From a virus, in IMG/VR virus record IMGVR_UViG_3300009515_000004, positions 1 through 41,529 of that record: DNA of 41,529 bases; one strand, written 5' to 3'. Within the stretch, counting starts at the first letter, position 1. The number at the start of each line of letters is the position of its first letter. Under the pieces are notes generated by a model that made no database searches, was not told the origin of the DNA, and saw only the letters and a program-made list of their open reading frames with translations. The translations under genes and the position numbers were made by a program. This document shows positions 26,079-34,653 of this stretch, one piece after another.

Positions 26079-26972
26079 TTACGCGAGCAGTTCCAGAATG
26101 ACGACGCCCTTCTCGTCCATCCGGGTGGCTCCGAGATCGATCTCGTAGCGGACCTGGGTGGCGTGGCGCTTCATCGGAAGGATGTCCATGAAGGCCCGCG
26201 CCTCCTGGCCCATCGCGATCTGCATCGACTTCTTCACCCAGAACGGCAGCTTGATTGCAGCACTCACCAGGCCGAGTCGCTGGCTCTTGTGGAAGTTGAA
26301 GCCGACGAACGTGTCGATCTGACCGTTCACGAGAGCCTTGATCGTGTTGTAGTCGGAACTCGTGACTGTCGAGTTGTCCAGCAGATCCTGGCGCGCCTTG
26401 GCGGTGAGTGCAGCGTGCCAGCTGTTCTCTCCGTCGTCCTCTTCGTTCTCGGCCGCCTCCAGCACCTCGCGTGCTTTCGTCAGGCCACCGATGTCGAGCG
26501 CGGTGCCCGTTCCAGTGGATGCCGTTCCGTCTGCCTCCCACTGGTAGTTGGTCGTGTCGAACGCCGCTGTCCCAGAGCCGTCCACCTCCGTCGCCGCCGT
26601 GGCATCGAATGCGGCGATCAGCGTGTCATCGACACGACGACCCGCCGCTGCAGCCATCGACCGCGTGTACGGGTTGATCGGGTCGTTGAGCAGCCGACGC
26701 TGATCTGCGGGGTCCACGAGGTCGGCGACTTCGTAGGTACGCAGAGTCACCATCCTGCGCCGATGGGGCGTATCGGTGTACTCGGTGTCACCGTGCCTGT
26801 TGGTGACTTCGGACATCGCCGTCGCATCGACCTGATCGTAGAACGCCCGATCTCCGGTGATTTCACCATCGACCATTGCTCCAGTGCGAAGGTTGGAGCC
26901 CATCTGCTGCTGCAGCATGCGTACGCCGGCAGCGAATTTCTTGACAAATGCAGTGGTGATTTCTGTTGACAC
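26079..26972 (-). CDS. Major capsid protein (HK97-fold, T7 gp10-like organisation)
   Basis: GTG start with GGAGG 8 nt upstream. N-terminal FVKKFAAGVRMLQQQMGSNLR...GDRAFYDQVD...DTPHRRRMVTL...DLVDPADQRRLLNDPINPYTRSMAAAAGRRVDDTLIAAF matches the capsid family pattern. It follows the scaffold gene. Confidence 0.85.
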   Translation of the reverse strand: MSTEITTAFVKKFAAGVRMLQQQMGSNLRTGAMVDGEITGDRAFYDQVDATAMSEVTNRHGDTEYTDTPHRRRMVTLRTYEVADLVDPADQRRLLNDPINPYTRSMAAAAGRRVDDTLIAAFDATAATEVDGSGTAAFDTTNYQWEADGTASTGTGTALDIGGLTKAREVLEAAENEEDDGENSWHAALTAKARQDLLDNSTVTSSDYNTIKALVNGQIDTFVGFNFHKSQRLGLVSAAIKLPFWVKKSMQIAMGQEARAFMDILPMKRHATQVRYEIDLGATRMDEKGVVILELLA

Positions 26973-27152
26973 AGTGGTGCCCTCCGTAGAAATCGTTGTT
27001 GACGATTGCTTCGAAGGGCTGCCCGGTTTCTACCCCGGACCCTGTCTCACCGTGTCGTGGAGTGGCCGGCGCTGCTTTCGCGCGTGCAGTCAGACCCGTG
27101 AATACGAGCTACCTGACGCCAAAAGGGTTTCTGAGGCCGCCGGATTTGTCAA

Positions 27153-28034
27153 CTACCCCGGATTCGCGATGTCCATCAGGGTGTTCCAGCGGATGAACCG
27201 CGGGTCGTTGTGGCGGCTCTTGTCGGTGAAGATCGCCTGGAACTCCGGGTCGGACTCGAGCGCCTTGATCTCCTGCGCCGCCTGTGCCGGGCTGACGGCC
27301 GGATCGCCGGGTGTCCTGTCACCGATCATCTGGTGCTCTCCCATGCTGGCCCCGATCTTCTGGAACGCGCGAATGAAGACCGGGTTGTCGCCGAGCAGGG
27401 ATCCATCGGTCAGAACGGTCTGGGCAACATCGTCGGCGAGCTCGCCGAATGCGTACCGCATCCCCTTGATCGACTCCTGGATACGACCATCGTATGCGTT
27501 TCCCCACTCGGTCTTCAGCTCGCGATCGGCCTTATCGTGGGCCTCCTGGATCGACGTCTGGACGTTCTTGAATCCCTCGTGCTGACGCGCCGCGAATGAC
27601 CGAACGACCTTGTTCACCTGCTCGTTGGTCAGCCCGGCGACGTGGAGATCCTGGAGCATCCCGGACTGGAGATCTCCGTCCCACGGCAGACCTTCGGGTG
27701 GCTGGAAGTCTCCGAGGTCGTACTTGTCCGGCGCATCGGGTCGGCCGAGTGTGTTGTAGAAGCGATCCCAGTCTTCCTGCGGCGCATCCTCCTTCGGGCG
27801 CGCAATCTTCTCTCCGCCGATCAGGTGCTGAACATTGGCGTGCTGCTGCACCAGGGACTCGAACGAGTCGATGCCTTTGAGCGACGGACTGTCGCGCAGC
27901 TCCGGCGGAAGACCTTCGCGCATCTTCTCGAACGGCAACGCCACGAACTGGGGCTCAGACGCGGCCTGCTCCGTCGTAGTTGTCTCGACTGCCTCAGCGG
28001 CCGGGGCTTCCGGAACGGGGATGGCTTCTGACAT
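27153..28034 (-). CDS. Scaffolding protein
   Basis: Lies between portal and capsid. Acidic and helical. GGAGAG SD. Size similar to T7 gp9. Confidence 0.7.
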   Translation of the reverse strand: MSEAIPVPEAPAAEAVETTTTEQAASEPQFVALPFEKMREGLPPELRDSPSLKGIDSFESLVQQHANVQHLIGGEKIARPKEDAPQEDWDRFYNTLGRPDAPDKYDLGDFQPPEGLPWDGDLQSGMLQDLHVAGLTNEQVNKVVRSFAARQHEGFKNVQTSIQEAHDKADRELKTEWGNAYDGRIQESIKGMRYAFGELADDVAQTVLTDGSLLGDNPVFIRAFQKIGASMGEHQMIGDRTPGDPAVSPAQAAQEIKALESDPEFQAIFTDKSRHNDPRFIRWNTLMDIANPG

Positions 28035-28037
28035 CTT

Positions 28038-28367
28038 TCACTCTCCTTGTCTCGCCAGCGCGAATCCGCGAGCCCGCCTGAACAGGTCCTCGTGCTCCAG
28101 CTCGATGAATCCCATGATCTGGAGCATCACGCGGCGTTTGCCTTCGTTGAAGGCGGTTTGGTGAGAATCTCCCGACTCGTAGGTCGGAAGGCCAATTCTG
28201 CAGAAATCGTACAGGTACGCGAGAACCATCTCGCCCTGTGGCGTTGCGAACGTCGTGGCGAATGCGCTGCGAAGCGACTCCTCGTCGATCAGACTCCGCT
28301 GTTGAATCGCGAGCCAATCGTCCTCTTCCTGGTCGTACCCGTGGCTGACCGGGATCTCGGTGCTCAC
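28038..28367 (-). CDS. Small conserved phage protein, Bbp19-like (109 aa)
   Basis: GTGA overlap with the portal stop. FATPQGEMVLAYLYDFCR...AFNEGKRRVMLQIMGFI resembles, from memory, the Bbp19-type motif (G..VL.dL..fc ... eGrR.V.L.I). Confidence 0.6.
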   Translation of the reverse strand: MSTEIPVSHGYDQEEDDWLAIQQRSLIDEESLRSAFATTFATPQGEMVLAYLYDFCRIGLPTYESGDSHQTAFNEGKRRVMLQIMGFIELEHEDLFRRARGFALARQGE

Positions 28368-29980
28368 TGGTTCCCGCCGACACCGTCAAGCGCCGGGATC
28401 AGCTTCGAAGCGCCCTCGGCGACGGCCAAGCCCTCGGCGAGTTGCTGCTGCTGCGCTTGCGCCTCGGCCTGCGCGCGGCGGATCTCGATGACCTCTGCCT
28501 TCGGGCGCATGATCTTCGCAGGAACACCGTTGCCTTCGAAGATCGCGCGCGCGGCGGAGTCCATGTTCACGTTGTCCACGACGCCAGGATCGACGGTTGC
28601 CATGGCGGCAATCGCCTGGAACGAATCCAGGATCGCCTGGGATTCACTCGCCTTCTGCGCGCGCGCGACGGGGGAGACGTACTCGATCTTGATCTCCTGG
28701 CCCTGCAAGAAATCGGGAGCCTGTGGGAAGTTCGGGCTCCGCGACAGGATCCCGTAGACCCGCTCGATCATCGGCTCGAGGAGTTCGGTCTGCATCCGGC
28801 CGAGCACCGGAGAGAGGATCCGCTGCGAGAGCCTCGCGAGCTCGATCACCTGGGTGGCCGTCATGCGCGGATCCTGGAATGCCTGAATGATCTCCGAGTG
28901 GTACGCCTTGCGGATCAGCTGCGTCTTCGTCTCGATCACGAGGTCGGAGATGTCGAACCGGCCGCGATGCTCCAGGTAGCGGACGGGATCGAGGCGCGAT
29001 CCGGTGGGCCGAACGGTGATCCGCGCGGAGGGCGTGATGCGAAGCTGGCTGCCCGGCATGACGCCATCGTCTTCGACGAGCAGCGGCGGGTCGGCTGCCT
29101 TCTCGGCATTGCGGATGTAGGTACGCCAGATGGCGTTCAGCATCTTCGCGTCGGCCAGGGAGTCGATGCCAGGCCCGCGCCCGTACAGCTCGCCGGAGTC
29201 TTTGTTCCAGCGAGACACCATGTACGGGTTCTCGAAGTAGCCGCCCTCGCTGACGACCTTCTTGTCGTCGAGCGAGATGTAGATGCTCGCCCAGGGCATT
29301 CCCTTCGCATCGATCCGGCCGGGAAGCGGCTGTGGATTGCGGCGCACGAGGTGCAGGAACTCGTGCTCATTGTTGACGTGGTTCGCCTCGACGTCCTTGG
29401 CGGATCGCGGGACGGCCTCCTTCCCGAACTGCTTGACTGCCTGCCACGCCAGAAGTTTGAACTTCCGGTAGACCACGGTGATCCGCCCGCTGTGGTCCTC
29501 GTCGATGAACAGCTCCGACAGCGGCCTCGAGGAGAATCGCGCACCGAATCCCGGCTCGTCCTCGACGAAGATTCCGCTGGTTCCGAAGGCGACGAGGTCC
29601 GTGTAGACCTCGTGCATGTTGGTGTTGAAGGCAGACTCCGGCCGCCTGAAGCTGTTCAGCATCTCCTGCTCGACTTCATCGAGCCAGAGAACAGCCTCAT
29701 CGACCTCGTTGAGCTGGGAACGCTGGAACCGTAGGTCGAACCAGTCGGTGGCTGGATTCGTCAGCAAGCTGTGGAGCGCGGCAGCCAGCAGGTTCGTGGC
29801 GTCACGCGCGGTCGTGTCGTAGATCTTGATCTGCCGCTGGGTACCCGGCTGGCGCTTCGTGTTGAAGTCACGGCGTCCGAGCGTGTGATCGGCCACCTCC
29901 TGCCAGTGGTTCTCCCACTCGGTGCGGCCGTCACGCAGCTTCTCCCAGTGGGATGAAATCTCTTCGATCAGGTCCGGCAT
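28364..29980 (-). CDS. Portal (head-to-tail connector, T7 gp8-type)
   Basis: N-terminus RTEWENHWQEVADHTLGRRDF...IYDTTARDATNLLAAALHSLLTNPATDWFDLRF is characteristic of podovirus connector proteins. 538 aa, following the terminase genes. Confidence 0.85.
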   Translation of the reverse strand: MPDLIEEISSHWEKLRDGRTEWENHWQEVADHTLGRRDFNTKRQPGTQRQIKIYDTTARDATNLLAAALHSLLTNPATDWFDLRFQRSQLNEVDEAVLWLDEVEQEMLNSFRRPESAFNTNMHEVYTDLVAFGTSGIFVEDEPGFGARFSSRPLSELFIDEDHSGRITVVYRKFKLLAWQAVKQFGKEAVPRSAKDVEANHVNNEHEFLHLVRRNPQPLPGRIDAKGMPWASIYISLDDKKVVSEGGYFENPYMVSRWNKDSGELYGRGPGIDSLADAKMLNAIWRTYIRNAEKAADPPLLVEDDGVMPGSQLRITPSARITVRPTGSRLDPVRYLEHRGRFDISDLVIETKTQLIRKAYHSEIIQAFQDPRMTATQVIELARLSQRILSPVLGRMQTELLEPMIERVYGILSRSPNFPQAPDFLQGQEIKIEYVSPVARAQKASESQAILDSFQAIAAMATVDPGVVDNVNMDSAARAIFEGNGVPAKIMRPKAEVIEIRRAQAEAQAQQQQLAEGLAVAEGASKLIPALDGVGGNQ

Positions 29981-29983
29981 GGA

Positions 29984-30229
29984 TTACCCCAGCAGGGTCT
30001 GTGTCTGGACGGTGGCATCGTCTCCGACCTTGGACCCGAGGATGGTGGAGGCCCTTCCGCGACGCCTTGCATTGGCGGCAACGGATTCGCGGATGACCCC
30101 AGCGGCATCGGCCCTGGTCGGCACGTCGGGTCCGGGAGTGGGAGACGGCACGTCGGGTCCTCGGCTGGCGAGCAAGGACACGCCAACGGATCCGATCAGA
30201 GCAGCAGCGCCGAGGGCTGCCGGAGGCAT
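29984..30229 (-). CDS. Small protein (81 aa): hydrophobic N-terminus, C-terminal RRGRASTILGSKVGDDATVQTQTLLG
   Basis: The ATG overlaps the GNAT stop by 1 nt. Shares the MPP start and the ...QTLLG end with ORF 30669..30842. Confidence 0.55.
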   Translation of the reverse strand: MPPAALGAAALIGSVGVSLLASRGPDVPSPTPGPDVPTRADAAGVIRESVAANARRRGRASTILGSKVGDDATVQTQTLLG

Positions 30230-30666
30230 CAGGAAACCCTCGCGGCAATCACGTAGTCGCCCACGCCGTTGTAGCCGGCGTTTCGAAGGATGCCCTCACG
30301 CTGAAACCCCATCATTCTCGCGAGCTTGCCGCAGGGACAGTCCACACGCCACTGCCCTTGCAGCCGGCGATAGCCGGCATCCTCGAAAGTCTCGAGCATC
30401 GTCCGGCCCAACCGCATGGCTTGGAAGAAGTTTCCACTGCGCACGAGCTTCTTGTCGATCACGATGAAGACCTCTCCCACGCCGTTCCAGAGCTGGAGCA
30501 ATCCGATCACCAGCATCGGCGTGTCGTCTTCGAACGCGGCCACGAAGCAGGAGCCAGGGGCGCTGAGTTCGATGTCGGCTACCTGACGCACGTAGCGCAT
30601 GCCTTCCGGGAAGACGGGGTCCATGCGGTCGAGAAACTCGTGGCCGAACGGAACCTCTACGAGCAT
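30229..30666 (-). CDS. GNAT-family N-acetyltransferase (145 aa)
   Basis: GNAT-like C-terminal half: VFIVIDKKLVRSGNFFQAMRLGRTMLETFEDAGYRRLQGQW...KLARMMGFQREGILRNAGYNGVGDYVIAARV. Confidence 0.65.
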   Translation of the reverse strand: MLVEVPFGHEFLDRMDPVFPEGMRYVRQVADIELSAPGSCFVAAFEDDTPMLVIGLLQLWNGVGEVFIVIDKKLVRSGNFFQAMRLGRTMLETFEDAGYRRLQGQWRVDCPCGKLARMMGFQREGILRNAGYNGVGDYVIAARVS

Positions 30667-30668
30667 GG

Positions 30669-30842
30669 CTACCCCCCGAGAAGCGTCTGGTTCTTGACCG
30701 ATTCCCCGCGTCGGCCGTCCACCATTCCGGTTCCGCCCTGGGTGCGCATCAGGCTTCCGCTCTGCATCGGGCGCTTCGTAAGCTTGTTCGCGAGCAGGCG
30801 ACTGGCTTCGACCTGGATCGGTGTCAACTTCGGAGGGGGCAT
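30669..30842 (-). CDS. Small protein (57 aa) ending ...GESVKNQTLLGG
   Basis: Internal ATG of ORF 30669..30953, 2 nt after the terL stop, with GGAG upstream. Paralogous termini with 29984..30229. Confidence 0.5.
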   Translation of the reverse strand: MPPPKLTPIQVEASRLLANKLTKRPMQSGSLMRTQGGTGMVDGRRGESVKNQTLLGG

Positions 30843-30844
30843 GA

Positions 30845-32242
30845 TCACTCCGTGTGCGACGTGAAATCGAACTCGTCCCAGTCGCTCACCACCGTCTCCT
30901 GGGCTCCGAGCGGCCGGTCGATCGTTCGGGCGAAACGTAGCATCATCACGCACTTGAAGAGCGCGGAGAGCACATCGTCGCGTTCCTGGACGAGCTTCCC
31001 ATCCTTCCGGTGATAGGTGCTGACCTCCTGCCAGAACTGCTCCAGGTGGCTGAACGCCTTGAATCTTCCGGTCTGCATACGCGACATGAGGGCCTGAACG
31101 GCAGCCTCCGGGCTGTACCCGCCCTCTTTGAACGTCGCGTGCTCGTGCCAGATCTTCAGCCCTTCGCGCCGGTAGACCTCGGCCACGGGTCCTGAGTCCC
31201 CCCAGTTCCGCTGGGCGTCGTGGGGTGGGAAGAACTGCAACTCGTCACCCCACTGCTTGAGGGACGAGACGTGCACGGCGGGGATTGGCTGCTTCTCCTT
31301 GTAGACGTGCGTGAGGTACATCGTGTCCGAATCCCGATCGTAGGCGACGCGGCACGCGGCGAACGGATGATCGCCGTAGCCGAAGTCGAGCCCGCCGAGC
31401 TGCGCCCAGAATCCGGGAATCTGAAACGGCTCGCACTCGATCGAGCTCCTCGGCACGGCGAACACGAGCCCCTCGCCGAGCAGCGGGACGCCTCTGGAGC
31501 GTGCTTCGCGTTCGTGCTCCGGATACGAGGCGATGACCGCGTCCTTCTCTTCATCGGTGAGATGCTGGACCTCTTCGATCTCGAGCATCACGAGGGCGCG
31601 GTATTCGTTGCTGGGCTCCGGGTAGAAGTACGAGACGACCTCGGAGATGCCGAGCAGCGGGGTCATGGTCAGGAAGATCATCCCGCTCGTCGCGGCGATG
31701 CGCGCCTGGGCCTCGCTGTAGATGTCCGCGGGCGGCTCTTCGTCAAGCCAGAGCCCCCCAGTGAGCGTCGCGCCCTGCCACCGCTTCCGGCCCTGGTCGT
31801 ACGCCTTGAACTGGATCGAGCTGATGCCGCCGCTCTTGTGCTTGATCAGCACCGTGTCGATCAGGTCTGGAAAGCCGCGCGACATGGTCGGTGTCTTGGC
31901 GATAGCCGAACGAGGGATCGTGCCGGTGCCCCAGTCGCCAGGCTCGCCCATCAACAGCCGCTGCGGGTTGTCGCGCACCGTCTCGTTGTTCGTGCAGGCC
32001 ACCCACCACTTCGTCGGGCCGGGAAACTTCCGGCCGGGCCACCATTCCGGGTAGTCGCCTGTGACGTGGAAGGCCATCTCGTAGCCGGCACTCATGGTCT
32101 TGCCGAGCTGATTGCCGGCCATCATCGCCCGCTCGCGCTTCGTCTTCCCCAGCTCGTGGAAGAGCATCTGCTTGGGGTAGGGGCGATACGCCGCCATCTT
32201 CCGCATCTTCAGCGCGGCCATCACCATGGCTGCACGCTTCAA
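30845..32242 (-). CDS. terL: Terminase large subunit
   Basis: Walker A-like MMAGNQLGKT, Walker B LWLDEEP, and a C-terminal nuclease region with acidic residues. The exact start is uncertain (TTG at 32242 or downstream ATGs). Confidence 0.9.
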   Translation of the reverse strand: MKRAAMVMAALKMRKMAAYRPYPKQMLFHELGKTKRERAMMAGNQLGKTMSAGYEMAFHVTGDYPEWWPGRKFPGPTKWWVACTNNETVRDNPQRLLMGEPGDWGTGTIPRSAIAKTPTMSRGFPDLIDTVLIKHKSGGISSIQFKAYDQGRKRWQGATLTGGLWLDEEPPADIYSEAQARIAATSGMIFLTMTPLLGISEVVSYFYPEPSNEYRALVMLEIEEVQHLTDEEKDAVIASYPEHEREARSRGVPLLGEGLVFAVPRSSIECEPFQIPGFWAQLGGLDFGYGDHPFAACRVAYDRDSDTMYLTHVYKEKQPIPAVHVSSLKQWGDELQFFPPHDAQRNWGDSGPVAEVYRREGLKIWHEHATFKEGGYSPEAAVQALMSRMQTGRFKAFSHLEQFWQEVSTYHRKDGKLVQERDDVLSALFKCVMMLRFARTIDRPLGAQETVVSDWDEFDFTSHTE

Positions 32243-32264
32243 TCCCTGCGTGGCGACGGCTCCA

Positions 32265-32900
32265 TCAGTGGACAGGGGGCTTCTCCCCGGTGATCTCTCG
32301 CTGCTCGCGTTCCGTGATCTCGACGCACTTCAGCCCGACCTTCGCCGCGTTCTGGAGGATGAAGTCGCGCAGCTCGTCTGGGTTCATGTCCACCATGCGG
32401 AGCCCGACCTCAGTGGCCGCGCCGCGGATGAACTGGCGGATCTGGTTGCCGTCCATGCCGTCGAGCTCCTTGTCGAGCCCTTCGAAGATGTGCCGGTCGG
32501 CGAACATCCCCAGCTCCTTGCCGAGAAGCTCGAGCGAACGGTTGACCACGGTTCCCTGGTAGACGTAGTCCCCGATGGGCTCGCCGGAGCGATTCAGGAC
32601 AGGCTCCGCTTGGGACGCGCGCGCGTGGTTCTCCACGAGCTTGGTGAGCACCATCTCACGCGTCACCTCGGAGTTCACGATCGCCAGCTCGCGATCCTCG
32701 TTGACGATCTCCTCGACGCGCGCCTGGATCTCCGGGTGCCTCGCGTAGAGGTTCGATCCGCGGTTCGCCGCCGTCTCCTTGTCAGGCACGCCGTGCTTCT
32801 TGGCTGTGAAGCCCGCAGCCAGGAAAGCCTCGCCGCGCTTCATTCCCTTGGCGGTGAAGCGCGCAAACGCTTCCCAGCGACTATTCTTCAGGGCAGGCAT
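32265..32900 (-). CDS. terS: Terminase small subunit
   Basis: MPALKNSRWEAFARFTAKGMKRGEAFLAAGFTAKKHG...ANRGSNLYARHPEIQARVEEI fits the HTH-type small-terminase N-terminus. The ATG at 32900 was chosen over the GTG at 32936. No SD for either. Confidence 0.7.
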   Translation of the reverse strand: MPALKNSRWEAFARFTAKGMKRGEAFLAAGFTAKKHGVPDKETAANRGSNLYARHPEIQARVEEIVNEDRELAIVNSEVTREMVLTKLVENHARASQAEPVLNRSGEPIGDYVYQGTVVNRSLELLGKELGMFADRHIFEGLDKELDGMDGNQIRQFIRGAATEVGLRMVDMNPDELRDFILQNAAKVGLKCVEITEREQREITGEKPPVH

Positions 32901-32923
32901 TTCGAGAACATAGAGGAGATCCC

Positions 32924-33373
32924 ATGGCCGAAGCACTCCTGAGATCGGTTCGGGCCAGAATCGGCGGTGACGCCGGAGAGGCGCGCGTCCTGGAAAACCT
33001 GGATACCAGCCTGAAGCAGCCGCAGCCGGTGGCCGGCGTTGACTTCTTCGCGGGCAAGGGTGTCAGCCAGCAGCCGGCCGGCTTCGAGAACGCGCTCGCG
33101 CTGCTTCGCGGCCTGCGTCGATCGGCGCGGTTCGAAGGGTTCTTCTTCGACCCGAAGGATGCCGATCAGCTCGCGATCGAGTTCGGAGACAGGCCGAGGA
33201 GCGGCACACTCCTGACGGGAGGCTTTCGGCGCAGCAAGCTGTCGCCCACCGGGACGCGGCTTGGAGAGCCGGTCGTTCTCGCGCCGGGCGGGCCGCAGCC
33301 TGGCATCCCGCAGAATCCCGAGTTCAACCGCCCCGACCCGCGGCTGAATCGAACGGACCCGCGACTGGGGTAG
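32924..33373 (+). CDS. Hypothetical protein (149 aa), divergent from terS
   Basis: GGAG 5 nt before the ATG. Third codon positions are overwhelmingly G/C by eye. A hairpin follows the stop. The C-terminal half is low-complexity (Pro/Arg/Gly), so it is uncertain. Confidence 0.45.
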   Translation: MAEALLRSVRARIGGDAGEARVLENLDTSLKQPQPVAGVDFFAGKGVSQQPAGFENALALLRGLRRSARFEGFFFDPKDADQLAIEFGDRPRSGTLLTGGFRRSKLSPTGTRLGEPVVLAPGGPQPGIPQNPEFNRPDPRLNRTDPRLG

Positions 33374-33380
33374 GAACGAA

Positions 33381-33414
33381 GAAGCCCCACGGCGCAGGGA
33401 GTCCGCGGGGCTTC
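33381..33414 (+). terminator. Stem-loop 8 nt after the stop of ORF 32924..33373
   Basis: GAAGCCCC ... GGGGCTTC (8-bp stem, 18-nt loop region with further pairing). Confidence 0.4.
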
Positions 33415-33492
33415 CGTCGTCGTCCTGGTGAGTTGACTCTGGGGGAGATTTCCCACTCGGACACCAGAATCGTACAATCTCGATTCGATGCC

Positions 33493-33590
33493 GTCAAACG
33501 CTCGTTGACCGCTGGAACACATTGCTGTATCTCCTGGAACAGTCGTTCGCTGGGGGATAGAAGTCCCATGTTCCCCGTGGAACACACTGC
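33493..33590. promoter_or_regulatory. Cluster of candidate protein-binding sites in a 370-bp non-coding region
   Basis: Near-palindrome GTCAAACG-ct-CGTTGAC (33493..33509). Direct 13-mers TGGAACACATTGC (33513..33525) and TGGAACACACTGC (33578..33590). A third CTGGAACA at 33534. Confidence 0.3.
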
Positions 33591-33784
33591 CGGATTGCCA
33601 CCCGGTGGAAAGTTCTGGAGGGCGACGAGCCTCACCCGGTCGGTGGTCTTTCGTGATGATCGCACCGCACGCCGGGCCGAGGTGGGCTGGCCCGCGGTCG
33701 AGCAGTACACCACTGGTCTTGCACATGTCGGGTTTGGCAACCCGGCGCAAGGATAACGGCGCGGGCTGCCTGCCTGGAGGCGGC

Positions 33785-34105
33785 GTGAGGGTTTCGGAAC
33801 TCCCGGTTGAGGACGTCAAGAACTACCTGTGGTTCATCCACAAGATGTGCCTGTTCTACGACGCGAGCCTGACCGGCGGGCCGCGCACGGTGGAGCGCAA
33901 CCGCTTGGTGAACGGAAGTCCCGGCTCCAAGCACACCTTCGCCGGAGGCTACGGCTGTGCATCGGATCTCGTGCTTGAGGATCCGAGCCGGCTGACCGCG
34001 CTCGAGGCCGAGGTGGTGCGCGAGGGCTACCACTTCTACCGGGGGCCGGGGTACTCGGACGGCCAGTGCCACATCCAGATGCTCAAGGTGGGGCACAAGA
34101 TATGA
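33785..34105 (+). CDS. Peptidase M15-type cell-wall peptidase (endolysin candidate, 106 aa)
   Basis: Zn-ligand pattern SKHTFAGGYGCASDL (H-x(6)-D region) and a C-terminal CHIQM, as in M15/YcbK-type peptidases. The GTG at 33785 follows GGAGG. Confidence 0.75.
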   Translation: MRVSELPVEDVKNYLWFIHKMCLFYDASLTGGPRTVERNRLVNGSPGSKHTFAGGYGCASDLVLEDPSRLTALEAEVVREGYHFYRGPGYSDGQCHIQMLKVGHKI

Positions 34106-34653
34106 GCGTCGGAGTCTACGGCGATTCGCTCTCGATTGGCTGGCCGGATCTGATGGAGCCGATGGTGCTGTTCGCCTCGTCGGTGGGCGGTTCGAAGTTG
34201 CTCTCGGACCCGGCACATCCACAGCTTGGCTGGAGTCCGACGGCCAAGCGGCCGAACCTGTGGGACACGGTGGTAATGCAGGAGCCGATCCCGGACATCG
34301 CCATCGTGAGTCTGGGCCGCAACGATCTCCACCTTGGCGTCTCACCGGGCGGGCCGACAGGGATCCCTCCCTACGCCTTCCGCTCGCACATGATGTCGTT
34401 CCGAAATGGTCTTCTTGGGCTTGGCGTGCAGACCGTCCACTGGCTTCAGCTCGATCGCGGACCCAGCAACCAGACGCGCGCGGCCTGCGCTGCGGTCTAC
34501 CGCGACGCGATCTACGGCGTGAACGGAGAGGACTTCACGGTGCCGCTCGATCGGATGCTGAGCGATCAGCACATCGGCGGCGATGGGGTTCATCACTCGC
34601 AGTCCGGCTACGAGTTCATCGCAACAATACTCAGCTCGTGGGTGAAACCGTGA
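34102..34653 (+). CDS. SGNH/GDSL-family hydrolase (esterase)
   Basis: Block I VYGDSLS, block III SLGRNDL, block V GDGVHHS (D-x-x-H). ATGA overlap with the peptidase gene. Confidence 0.8.
   Translation: MSVGVYGDSLSIGWPDLMEPMVLFASSVGGSKLLSDPAHPQLGWSPTAKRPNLWDTVVMQEPIPDIAIVSLGRNDLHLGVSPGGPTGIPPYAFRSHMMSFRNGLLGLGVQTVHWLQLDRGPSNQTRAACAAVYRDAIYGVNGEDFTVPLDRMLSDQHIGGDGVHHSQSGYEFIATILSSWVKP

Noticed and set aside
33513-33590. Sigma-54-like promoter reading of TGGAACACATTGC / TGGAACACACTGC
   Set aside because: The GG to GC spacing is 2 nt shorter than the strictly spaced TGGCAC-N5-TTGC consensus. They are kept only as repeated 13-mers of unknown role.
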